From positions 2,469-66,468 of the forward strand of contig JBAVHY010000158.1 in NCBI GenBank assembly GCA_049686315.1: a DNA stretch of 64,000 nucleotides, written 5' to 3'. Positions 37,867 through 46,880 of the stretch are shown in pieces. Source of the DNA: Candidatus Acidiferrum sp. (GTDB taxonomy: Bacteria > Acidobacteriota > Terriglobia > Acidiferrales > UBA7541). The notes beneath the pieces are model-generated. The model searched no databases. It had not been told where the DNA came from and was given only the letters and a program-made list of their open reading frames with translations. The translations under genes were made by a program, and so were the position numbers. Position 1 is the stretch's first letter. Each line of letters starts with the position of its first letter.

Positions 37867-39336
37867 TCAGAACACGTAGTCTATACCCGTCATGAACGTG
37901 TTTGGGCGGTAGAAAACCGTGTTGCCGTTGACGTCGGTAATGGGCAGTTCCCATTGGCGTGAATATTCGCCAACTATCTTGATGTTGGCGCGCACAAGTA
38001 TCTGGAAACCCGGGCTAAAACGGTTCCGCGTTCTGTCTTTGGAAACCCCGTTGAAGAAATCAGTGGGCGAATTCACAAAGTCATAGCGCATGGTTCCGAT
38101 CAACCAGGGATACAACCAGTAATTTCCACCCACAAACCCGCCGGTGTAAGTGATGGCCGGCGCCTTCAGCAGTGTCTGCACCCCACTCTCTGAGTCGGTC
38201 AACACCGTATGATTATCATCGTGGCCCACCATTCCCAGCCCGAACAGTTCCAGGTGCCGGTACTTGAAACGCAGGTCCGCCCCGGCACGGTAAAACGACT
38301 CGTTGAAGCTACCCAATCCTGGATAGGTGGGGGGCGTGCTCCCGATATTCTGGACGTTGTCGCCGTGATAGAAGAACCCGCCAACCCGGATTGAGGTGTG
38401 GTCGCGGGGGCCGGTTGGCCCTGCCGCTTGTATAGCGTGGCGACTTTCCAAGTCGCGCTCCAGGTTGAGCTTATAGGAAGCCCGGAGATACACATCCTTT
38501 GTGTTCCGGATCGCGGGCCCATCGTTATTGCCGTTGGCGATCGCCAATGACCATGTGAAATTCCCGTTGTCCGGATAGCCCCCAAATTCAATTGCTCGCT
38601 GCGGCGCACCCAGCGTGAACGGATTGTTCGTGGTACCCGCCCCGCCGGCCATGTTCACCTGGTCATACACATCATAGTCGGAGAGGTAGATGGTCCGGGC
38701 TTGAGAGAAGGGCAGGTCCAGTTCGAATTGCCCGAACCTCACATTCAGCGAATTCTTCGGCAGGTGGAAGATGCGGCCCAAATCGTTGTACTTCAGATAG
38801 CCGTCACCCAATCCTCCATTGGCACCCGATCCTCCCGTGGAAATGTCATCGTCGATCCAGAATGAGAGATTGGGCCCAAAGCTCCCCGCGCTGATAATCG
38901 TGAAGGTGTTGGGTTGAAATAGATCGACGCGTGGCAAGTAGGAAGAAGTCTGATTGACGCCACTGGGCTGACCGGCGTTCCACGCCAGTGCACCCGAATA
39001 GCGGAAGGAAATCGGCACGGTCCCGGGGATTTCTCCTGGGTACACCGCTTCCGGAAATGCTTCCTTCTGGGCCTTCGATCCCAGCATCACAGGGTCTTGC
39101 TTCACAAACGTATCGTCATCCTTCGGGAACTTGAAGCCATTTTTCTTGAAGGCTTCGCCGAAGTCGTTCAATTCGGGGTAATTGTTGTGACAGGTGGTGC
39201 AGGAGGTTCCGTACTTCCGAGAAAACGCAGGTATGGCTTTGCCCGATGGCACCACAACGAGAAGCATCAGCCCCACCAGCGATCCAAACAACACAACAGC
39301 GACAATCTTAACGAGAAGTTCTTTGTTAATATTCAC
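37867..39336 (-). CDS. fused monoheme cytochrome c / outer-membrane beta-barrel protein (Cyc2-like architecture)
   Basis: 489 aa with an N-terminal signal or anchor and a single CTTCH at residues 46-50 (SRKYGTSCTTCHNNYPELNDFGEAFKKNGF). The rest is Gly/aromatic-rich with an alternating beta-strand pattern. It ends ...GIDYVF, a terminal aromatic typical of OMPs. Confidence 0.6.
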   Translation of the reverse strand: MNINKELLVKIVAVVLFGSLVGLMLLVVVPSGKAIPAFSRKYGTSCTTCHNNYPELNDFGEAFKKNGFKFPKDDDTFVKQDPVMLGSKAQKEAFPEAVYPGEIPGTVPISFRYSGALAWNAGQPSGVNQTSSYLPRVDLFQPNTFTIISAGSFGPNLSFWIDDDISTGGSGANGGLGDGYLKYNDLGRIFHLPKNSLNVRFGQFELDLPFSQARTIYLSDYDVYDQVNMAGGAGTTNNPFTLGAPQRAIEFGGYPDNGNFTWSLAIANGNNDGPAIRNTKDVYLRASYKLNLERDLESRHAIQAAGPTGPRDHTSIRVGGFFYHGDNVQNIGSTPPTYPGLGSFNESFYRAGADLRFKYRHLELFGLGMVGHDDNHTVLTDSESGVQTLLKAPAITYTGGFVGGNYWLYPWLIGTMRYDFVNSPTDFFNGVSKDRTRNRFSPGFQILVRANIKIVGEYSRQWELPITDVNGNTVFYRPNTFMTGIDYVF

Positions 39337-39439
39337 TTATCCCCCAGCTTTGGCCCATGAACGGGCACACATTGGTGACGGGTGATGCGCGAACCGGTTC
39401 AAAAACGGAGCCATTCTCGGCTGTACGTTACTTTGCTGC

Positions 39440-39477
39440 GGTGACCAGAGTCACTGCCTGATGTGACCTGCGTCACA
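39440..39477. promoter_or_regulatory. two CRP/FNR-type inverted repeats (TGTGA-N6-TCACA class), centres 22 bp apart
   Basis: The sites are ggtgaCCAGAGtcact (39440-39455) and tgtgaCCTGCGtcaca (39462-39477). The second has perfect half-sites. Both lie in the 274-bp divergent region between the porin-cytochrome gene and the iclR-like ORF. Confidence 0.4.
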
Positions 39478-39661
39478 CTCGCGCCAGGATTGGCCTCTAT
39501 GATCCGGCACAATCGTGGCCACTCTCTCTACTGCATCTCGATGCGCATCACAGTAGAAGTCGCTTGAACTTGGTTCGAGGTAGGCTTACAGTGCCGAACG
39601 CGAGTGTCCGTTGAAAAAACGTTTGCAAAGAAGAACAGATGCCCAAGATCGGCGCGATTCA

Positions 39662-40483
39662 ATGAAGCGGCAAGCCAAGCTTCAGTTAGCCAAGAAGAAC
39701 AAGCGGCCCGTAAAATCACTACTCAAGGCTCTTCGGATCCTCGATAAGCTTGGTGATTGTCCTTGCGGATCGGGAATTACAGAGATGAGCGATGCGCTCA
39801 AATCGCCCAAGAGCACGGTCCACCGGCTTATCGTAACGCTGGAGGAAGCGGGGTACGTTATTTTTGACCCGCTGACGTCGAAATACAGCCTGGGGAATCG
39901 GGTTGCCAGACTAGGCGAACAGCTAAACCAACAATCGCCCCTACTAACGTTTGGGGTGCCGTTGTTAGAACAACTTACAAAAGAGTGCCATGAGGCTAGC
40001 CACCTGGCTATCATGCAGGGAACCGAAGTTGTTTATGTCTCTCACGAAGAAAGCAAGGAACCCGTTCGAATCAGCTTCGGGAGAGGGCACCGAGCCCCGG
40101 TGCATTGCACGGCGCTCGGCAAAGCGCTTTTGGCCGGCCTCTCTGAGAGCGAAATCTTTATACTTTACAAGAACAGCAGGAAACTTGAGCGGCTCACTCC
40201 GAACACCGTGACATCCATGCGAACTCTAATGGCAGAGATTGCGATTGTGCGCAAAGAAGGCATCGCCTACGACAGTGAAGAATATATGACGGGATTGCGC
40301 TGCATGGCCGCGCCGATTCGGGACTTCACATCCAGAATTGTCGCCGCGATGAGTCTCTCGATGTTCAAGCACAAAATGACCGAAGAGAAGAAAGCCTTTT
40401 TCAGGGACGCTCTGAGAAGAGTCAGCATGGAGTTTTCGGAGAAGTTGGGGTTTCTGCCTGCCGCGAGGAAACCTGGTTTCTGA
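39662..40483 (+). CDS. IclR family transcriptional regulator
   Basis: N-terminal wHTH (VKSLLKALRILDKL...ITEMSDALKSPKSTVHRLIVTLEEAGYV) and an IclR effector domain (...GLRCMAAPIRD). I prefer the ATG at 39662 over the TTG at 39611. Confidence 0.85.
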   Translation: MKRQAKLQLAKKNKRPVKSLLKALRILDKLGDCPCGSGITEMSDALKSPKSTVHRLIVTLEEAGYVIFDPLTSKYSLGNRVARLGEQLNQQSPLLTFGVPLLEQLTKECHEASHLAIMQGTEVVYVSHEESKEPVRISFGRGHRAPVHCTALGKALLAGLSESEIFILYKNSRKLERLTPNTVTSMRTLMAEIAIVRKEGIAYDSEEYMTGLRCMAAPIRDFTSRIVAAMSLSMFKHKMTEEKKAFFRDALRRVSMEFSEKLGFLPAARKPGF

Positions 40484-40957
40484 AGCTCTCCTTCAGTTGC
40501 TGCCGCCAAAGCCTCCTAGTTCCCTCGTGCCAACTCCCTTACGATCCGCAACTCCGCCGTCGAATCTTCCAGGGCGGTGAAGCGCTTTTCGCCGGGCGTG
40601 TCAGGCGTGCTGGCGTGTGTTCCACAATGCGGAACAGCGTTCCAAAAATACTCCTTGACACCCTTTATTCCAAGGTGTTACCAAGTTTCGCCAAGCAACG
40701 AGCAAAGATGCTTGCTTGCGTTGCAGTCGTGCTGGGGTCCGGGGTTATCGAAATTCTGAATCGATTATCGCTGCTATTTGGCGCCACCAGTGTCTCGAAA
40801 TGGTGGTATTGATGCAGCCAGCGAGACACGGAATTGCGCTTGGGCACAGCGAATGGGCCCTACAGTGTTGCGAAGGGGACTTTTGAAAAACGCATTCTTC
40901 AATGAGCGTGAATTTGAACTGGGCGGACATTTTTATTTCAGACAGGAGGAAGTATTC

Positions 40958-43900
40958 ATGAGGCGAAATTGTCGATTCCTATGTATGCCGAGCTTGCTCC
41001 TTGCGTTCGCTCTTTGGGCCTTCGGTCCTTCGCACGTTCATGCACAGACAGTCAGCACGGGCGCGATTGCCGGCGCAGTAACTGATCCGTCGGCTGCGGC
41101 AATTCCGTCCGTAAGCATTACGGCTACAGAGAAGGCTACGGCGTCCAAGCGAGTGGTTCAGACGGATTCGAGCGGTGTTTACCGTTTCAACCTGCTTCCT
41201 CCTGGGGAGTACGAACTGCGATTCGAGGCCGCGGGGTTCAAAACTGTGGTGCCGCCAACGCTTAGCGTAACTGTGACGGAAACCCGCACGCTCAACGTGC
41301 AGATGATTCTGGGTGAGGCGAAGGAGACCGTGGAGGTTTCGGCAACGGCCCAGGTCGTGCAATCGGAAAACGCCACATTGGGTACCGTAGCTGATAGCCG
41401 CACCATAACGGAGATTCCTCTTTCGACGCGCAACTATACGCAAATTCTTACGATGTCCACGGGCGTCGTCGCGGACGTAAGTAACGCGGCGAATCTAGGG
41501 AATGGAACGCAGGATTTTTACGTCAACGGAGCCAGCAATACCAGCAACAACTTCCAGATGGACGGCTCCGATGTGAACAATTTCGGCAGCGGCCGCGCCG
41601 GGAGCTTCCTGCAACAGGGCGGCATCCCCATTCCCAATCCAGACGCAATTCAAGAGTTTAAGATTCAAACCAGCCTGTACGATGCGGGGTACGGCCGCGG
41701 GGCCGGCGCGAATGTCGAGGTGGTGACAAAAACGGGCACCAATCAACTTCACGGCGCGGTGTTCGAATTCCTGCGCAACGACAAGCTCGACGCCAATGAT
41801 TTCTTCTTGAATCAACAACACCAGCCGCGCGCTGTGATGAAGCAGAATCAGTTTGGCGGAAGCCTGGGCGGCCCGGTAATCAAGGACAAATTCTTCTTGT
41901 TTGGCTCCTATCAGGGCACTCGCCAGGTCAATGGCCTGAGCGCGGGTTCCCTTTCACAGAATTCCCTTCCTCCGCTGACGAATGATCGTTCGGCGGCAAC
42001 GTTGGGAGCGGAGTTCTGCGGGCAGAAAGGGGCGGAGGGCGGAGTCGCGGTGGCCTGCGACGGTTCGAACATCAATCCCGTGGCGTCAAAGCTGCTAAAC
42101 ATGAAGATTCCCAACGGCACCTATCTCATCCCTACTCCGCAAACGATCACCAATGGCCAGGGATTTTCGGCGTATAGCATTCCAGGTCATTTCACCGAAG
42201 ACCAATTCCTGATTAATGCCGACTACGTGATCTCGCCGAAAAACCGCCTCACCGAGCGCTACTTCTTTGCCAAGGCGCCGCAGAGCATCCCGTTCAGCCA
42301 GTGTTTTTTCAACACTCCGTGCACGCCGGGGTCGGGCCAGGACGCGCAATTCCAGAACCACGTGGCTTCCCTCAAGCTGGCATCGCTGCTGTCGAACAGC
42401 CTGGTCAACGAGGTCCAGGTGAGCTACTCCAGGAACCGCGGGCTTCTCAACAGCGAGAGCAAAATCACGGATCAAAGTCTCGGCATAACGCCGGGCGACC
42501 CGACCTTCCCAAAGATGCCGACGATAGCCGTCAACGGGCTCTTCAGCATCGGAGGAAATTTTAACGACGATTCCGATTCCACCGTAAACCAGTATCAATA
42601 CTCGGACCAACTCGCTTGGACTCGCGGCCGCCATACGGTTCGGGGAGGGTTCGAGTTCGAGCGCGCGCAGTTCGACTTTAACGATCCTGGTCCGCGCCGT
42701 GGAATCCTCGACATCCTGAGCTTTCCCGATTTTCTGCTAGGGTTGAGCGCGGCGCAGAATGGAACGCAATTCAGCAACATTTTTCTGAGCGAGGGCATTG
42801 CCGGCTCGCTGTCCAAAGCGTATCGCGCCAACAACTACGCGAGTTTCGTGCAGGACGATTTCAAGGTGAACTCGCGTCTGACCATCAACCTCGGCCTTCG
42901 GTGGGAGATCAACGGTGGCGTCAGCGAAGATCAAGGGCGTTTTAGTAGCGTGTTTCCGAGCCTGGCCAAGGCGAGCAACCCCCAGGTTTCCGCTGGCGGC
43001 ACGCTCGAGGGATGGGTAGTGCCTTCAAATTTCCCGTTGCCCATTCCGACTGGCGTAACCAAACTCTCCGGGAAGACACTGGCTCGCAATGGCGCGCCTT
43101 TGCATAACTTGGGGCCCCGCCTGGGTTTTGCTTGGCGCCCGCTGCCAAGTTCGAGTCGCCTGGTGCTGCGCGGCGGATATGGCGTGTTCTACACCCGCAC
43201 GAACGGCAACTCCGTTCTGCAAACGGTGACGTCTCCGCCCTTCGTGAGCTTCGGCGTGGGAGCCGGCGGCGGCAATTCTCTGGCGACGTTTGAGGCGCCG
43301 TTCAATCCCCCGCCGGCGCCCGCAATTTTCCCGACCCGAACGCTTACTTCGGGACTCTCGGCCGACTACGTAGCCGAAAATTACGATTCGCCGATGGTGC
43401 AGCAGTACAATCTTGAGACGCAATACGAATTCCTGCCCAGAACTGTGTTGGAAGTGGGATACGTGGGCTCGCGTGGCACACGCCTGGCCTCCTCGCGCTT
43501 AACTAACACCGCGCTCTTGGCCAGCCCAACAGATCCTGTCAACGGAATCACCACCAACACCGTGGCCAACGCGGGGCTTCGCGTGCCGATCCTGGGATTC
43601 GCCCCCAACGGGCTCACCAGCATCGAAAGCTACGGGTTCTCCATGTACAACGGCTTGCAGGTGACGGTGCGAAGGCAATTGAGCCACGGCATCCAGTTCC
43701 AAGGCGCCTACACGTGGGGTAAGAATCTGACCGACGTCGAAGGCGTCGGGTTTCAGTCCGTCTTTCTCGGCGGCGATGGCAATAGCAACGATCCCAGCGA
43801 CCGCCATCAGCGCTGGGGTCCCGCGGATTTCGATCGCCAGCAGCGATTCGTCTTGACGTATCTGTGGGAAATTCCGCGTCCCCGCGGCGAGAATCTCGTC

Positions 43901-44401
43901 AACCGGAGATTGCTTGGCGGCTGGACCCTCTCGGGTGTTTCCATCTTTCAAAGCGGCTTGCCGGTCACGGTTACGGACCCTTCGGGCGGAACGATCTACG
44001 GAAGCGGGAGCACTTCACGCGCAGAATTGTGCCCCGGGTTCACGCAAGGGCAGGTGGCTACCAGCGGCGGAGTGGAAGCACGACTGAACAACTACTTCAA
44101 CAAAACCGCATTTTGCGCGCCGCCGACCATCGGCGATGGCACCGGGTACGGTGACACCGGACGCGCCGCCTTCCGTGGGCCACATCAGGCTAACTTCGAT
44201 ATGGGTCTAATCAAAACGACCAAAGTCGGAGGCTTAAGCGAAGCGGCAACTCTGGAATTTCGCGCCGACTTTTACAATGCTTTCAACCATCCACAATTTG
44301 CAAATCCTGGGTTCATCTTGGGAACCCCGAGCTTTGGGCAAATCCAGGCAACTTCTGTGGCGCCGCGGTTGATCCAGTTCGGCTTGAAGTATAGTTTCTA
44401 G
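40958..44401 (+). CDS. TonB-dependent receptor-like outer membrane protein with an N-terminal CarboxypepD_reg domain
   Basis: AGGAGG RBS and a signal peptide ending HVHAQ. The CarboxypepD_reg segment (GAIAGAVTD...YRFNLLPPGEYELRFEAAGFK) is followed by a plug-like region and a long beta-barrel ending ...FGLKYSF. Confidence 0.85.
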   Translation: MRRNCRFLCMPSLLLAFALWAFGPSHVHAQTVSTGAIAGAVTDPSAAAIPSVSITATEKATASKRVVQTDSSGVYRFNLLPPGEYELRFEAAGFKTVVPPTLSVTVTETRTLNVQMILGEAKETVEVSATAQVVQSENATLGTVADSRTITEIPLSTRNYTQILTMSTGVVADVSNAANLGNGTQDFYVNGASNTSNNFQMDGSDVNNFGSGRAGSFLQQGGIPIPNPDAIQEFKIQTSLYDAGYGRGAGANVEVVTKTGTNQLHGAVFEFLRNDKLDANDFFLNQQHQPRAVMKQNQFGGSLGGPVIKDKFFLFGSYQGTRQVNGLSAGSLSQNSLPPLTNDRSAATLGAEFCGQKGAEGGVAVACDGSNINPVASKLLNMKIPNGTYLIPTPQTITNGQGFSAYSIPGHFTEDQFLINADYVISPKNRLTERYFFAKAPQSIPFSQCFFNTPCTPGSGQDAQFQNHVASLKLASLLSNSLVNEVQVSYSRNRGLLNSESKITDQSLGITPGDPTFPKMPTIAVNGLFSIGGNFNDDSDSTVNQYQYSDQLAWTRGRHTVRGGFEFERAQFDFNDPGPRRGILDILSFPDFLLGLSAAQNGTQFSNIFLSEGIAGSLSKAYRANNYASFVQDDFKVNSRLTINLGLRWEINGGVSEDQGRFSSVFPSLAKASNPQVSAGGTLEGWVVPSNFPLPIPTGVTKLSGKTLARNGAPLHNLGPRLGFAWRPLPSSSRLVLRGGYGVFYTRTNGNSVLQTVTSPPFVSFGVGAGGGNSLATFEAPFNPPPAPAIFPTRTLTSGLSADYVAENYDSPMVQQYNLETQYEFLPRTVLEVGYVGSRGTRLASSRLTNTALLASPTDPVNGITTNTVANAGLRVPILGFAPNGLTSIESYGFSMYNGLQVTVRRQLSHGIQFQGAYTWGKNLTDVEGVGFQSVFLGGDGNSNDPSDRHQRWGPADFDRQQRFVLTYLWEIPRPRGENLVNRRLLGGWTLSGVSIFQSGLPVTVTDPSGGTIYGSGSTSRAELCPGFTQGQVATSGGVEARLNNYFNKTAFCAPPTIGDGTGYGDTGRAAFRGPHQANFDMGLIKTTKVGGLSEAATLEFRADFYNAFNHPQFANPGFILGTPSFGQIQATSVAPRLIQFGLKYSF

Positions 44402-44533
44402 GATCAGCTTGAATTGCCATTGGCCTTTGTCCTGGCCACCCGCCAGATAGAGGAGGATGCAAGAGACTGCGAAGGGCCTCATCTCTTGCCTGCAGTTTAT
44501 TTGCTAAGTGTCCGGCACGGAAGAGGCATACCT

Positions 44534-45583
44534 ATGAACAAGTCGCACAAGTTGCTGAGAGCAAGCCTGCCGTCGAGTTTGTTTTTGTTGCTGTGTTGTC
44601 CGATCGTCGCTCAGCAGCCCGGCGGCCCGGCCAACCATTCACTTGAAGCCACTCCCAAAACGATCGCGTTCGGTTACTACTCGGCTGACGCGACCCCAGT
44701 TCTCCATATCAAATCCGGCGACACTGTGGAAGTCCATACGCTGATCACTTCAGACCCTGAAAAACTGGAGCGTGCGGGAGTTCCACCGGAACAGGTCGAG
44801 CAATCGCTCCGGGACATTTTCAAGGAAGTCAAAGACCGAGGCCCGGGGGGACATGTATTGACTGGGCCGATCTTCATCGAAGGCGCGGAACCTGGCGACG
44901 TCCTGGAAGTGCGCATCCTGGCCATCCGTTTGGCCATTCCATATGCTTACAATGGGTTCGGGCCCGGATCGGGTTTCCTACCTGAAGAATTCCCCTACCC
45001 GAAAATGAAGATTATTCCTCTCGACGATAAGCGGATGGTTGCGCGGTTCGGACCGGGAATTGAGATCCCACTTCACCCGTTCTTTGGGAGTATGGGAGTT
45101 GCTCCCCCTTCGGGACGCATCAGCAGCAATCCGCCCTGGATCCACGCAGGCAACTTGGACAACAAGGATTTGGTGGCGGGCACGACGCTCTATATCCCCG
45201 TGCACGCATCCGGGGCGCTATTTGAAGTGGGCGACGGCCACGCTGGGCAAGGCGACGGCGAAGTCGATATCACTGCGATGGAGACCTCTTTGATCGGCAA
45301 GTTTCAATTCATCGTCCGGAAGGATATGCATCTCCTGTGGCCCCGCGCGGAAACCCCCACACACTTCATGACCATGGGCCTGCACGAAAATCTGAACGAA
45401 GCCACTAAGCTTGCTGTGCGCGAGATGATTGATTTTCTGATGACTTCGAAGCATCTTTCTCGCGACGATGCCTATATGTTGTCCAGCGTCGCCGCCGACC
45501 TCCACATCACAGAATTGGTCGACGGCAATAAGGGAGTCCATATGATGATCCCGAAGGCCATTTTCCTGTCCCCATCAAAATGA
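44534..45583 (+). CDS. acetamidase/formamidase family amidohydrolase, exported
   Basis: Signal peptide (SLFLLLCCPIVAQQ). Family blocks HVLTGPIFIEGAEPGD, GNLDNKDLVAGTTLYIPV and GALFEVGDGHAGQGDGEVDITAMET. Confidence 0.85.
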   Translation: MNKSHKLLRASLPSSLFLLLCCPIVAQQPGGPANHSLEATPKTIAFGYYSADATPVLHIKSGDTVEVHTLITSDPEKLERAGVPPEQVEQSLRDIFKEVKDRGPGGHVLTGPIFIEGAEPGDVLEVRILAIRLAIPYAYNGFGPGSGFLPEEFPYPKMKIIPLDDKRMVARFGPGIEIPLHPFFGSMGVAPPSGRISSNPPWIHAGNLDNKDLVAGTTLYIPVHASGALFEVGDGHAGQGDGEVDITAMETSLIGKFQFIVRKDMHLLWPRAETPTHFMTMGLHENLNEATKLAVREMIDFLMTSKHLSRDDAYMLSSVAADLHITELVDGNKGVHMMIPKAIFLSPSK

Positions 45584-45729
45584 TGGCTCGCTGAGCCACA
45601 CGCCAGGTGTTGTGGTATCCGCCGCTGGACAAAGGAATAGTTGGGGGAGCGCGGCCGCGCAAAGCACGCGACCTTCGTCACCGGTAGCGGTAGAGATCCA
45701 TCTCCATCGGAAAAGGATGAACCTTGAAA

Positions 45730-46854
45730 ATGATGAGGAAATTGATTCTCTTGCTTTTTGTTTCGCTGGCGCCGCATGCGCACGCAGTTTTCGCACAGGA
45801 TGCGCCAGACCCCAAGGCGCCGAAGGCCGAACGGCATGAGTTCATAATTGTGAATTTCAAGACGGAGAGCGGAGTCACACTGCCCCGCGCGCTCGTAGTG
45901 TATGGAACATATGGCGAGTTGAACGCCGCGAAGGACAACGCCGTGTTGCTCCCGTCGCATTACATGGCCGACTTTCATGGGTATGAATGGCTGATCGGAG
46001 CTGACAAGGCTCTCGATCCTTCGAAACTATTTCTTGTGGCAACGGAATTATTTGGAAATGGAAACTCCTCCTCGCCGAGCAACACTCCGGAACCTTATCA
46101 TGGCCCGCGATTCCCGGTGACGACAATACGCGACAGCGTGGAAGCGGTGCATAGACTCCTGGTGGAAGACCTGAAAATTACCCACCTGCGCGCGATTATC
46201 GGGTTTTCGATGGGCGCGCAGCAGGCGTTTCAATGGGCGGTGAGCTATCCGAGGTTTGCAGATCGAGTCGTGGCGACAGCAGGAACGGCCAAGTGCTATC
46301 CGCACGGCGTGGTGAGACTCGAAGGTCAGATTGCCGCGCTGACGACAGACCCGACATTTGAGAATGGCGACTACAAGGAACAGCCAAAGAAAGGTCTGGA
46401 AGCTTTCGCGGTGGTTTGGACGGGATGGCTTTTCTCGCAGGAGTGGTGGCGGCGGGAACTGTGGCGGGAAGGGGCCAAGCCAGGGAGGACGTTCGAGGAG
46501 GTGTTGCACGAATTCCGGACGAATTTCATCCCAGGTGCGGATGCCAACAATTTGATTTTGCAGATGCGGACGTGGGAGAAGCACAACGTGGGGACTACGG
46601 CCGGATTCGATGGAGACGTGGAACGCGCGCTAAAGTCCATCAAAGCCCCGATCTTGTATATGCCCTCGGAAACGGATTTGTATTTTCCAATAGGGGATGC
46701 GCGATATGAGGCAGCGCTTATTCCGGGCGCATCGCTAGTGCCGATCGCATCGTTGTGGGGACACACCGCGGGCGCGGCGAGCAACCCCTCAGATGCAAGA
46801 TTTCTGAATGAAACGATTGGGAGGTTTTTGAAGGCAGAGAGCCATGTGCCCTAG
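45730..46854 (+). CDS. alpha/beta hydrolase (MetX/homoserine O-acetyltransferase-like fold), exported
   Basis: Signal peptide (LILLLFVSLAPHAHAVFAQ) and nucleophile elbow GFSMG (IIGFSMGAQQAFQWAVSYP). I prefer the ATG at 45730 over the TTG at 45724. Confidence 0.75.
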   Translation: MMRKLILLLFVSLAPHAHAVFAQDAPDPKAPKAERHEFIIVNFKTESGVTLPRALVVYGTYGELNAAKDNAVLLPSHYMADFHGYEWLIGADKALDPSKLFLVATELFGNGNSSSPSNTPEPYHGPRFPVTTIRDSVEAVHRLLVEDLKITHLRAIIGFSMGAQQAFQWAVSYPRFADRVVATAGTAKCYPHGVVRLEGQIAALTTDPTFENGDYKEQPKKGLEAFAVVWTGWLFSQEWWRRELWREGAKPGRTFEEVLHEFRTNFIPGADANNLILQMRTWEKHNVGTTAGFDGDVERALKSIKAPILYMPSETDLYFPIGDARYEAALIPGASLVPIASLWGHTAGAASNPSDARFLNETIGRFLKAESHVP

Positions 46855-46880
46855 AGGTGCAAAAGAGTTCTTCGCCCTAA

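Noticed and set aside
40631-40683. Palindrome ggaacAGCgttcc plus TTGACA-N17-TTACCA upstream of the first receptor gene, considered as an operator and promoter.
   Set aside because: The -10 match is poor (3 of 6) and the element lies about 275 nt from the start codon. This is too speculative to list as a feature.
40778-40957. Upstream extensions offered by the ORF track for several genes (40778, 1012, 44414, 19866, 18579, 61947, 31408).
   Set aside because: In each case an internal ATG is preceded by a Shine-Dalgarno-like sequence and gives a proper signal peptide, lipobox or domain start. The internal starts also remove overlaps with neighbouring genes.
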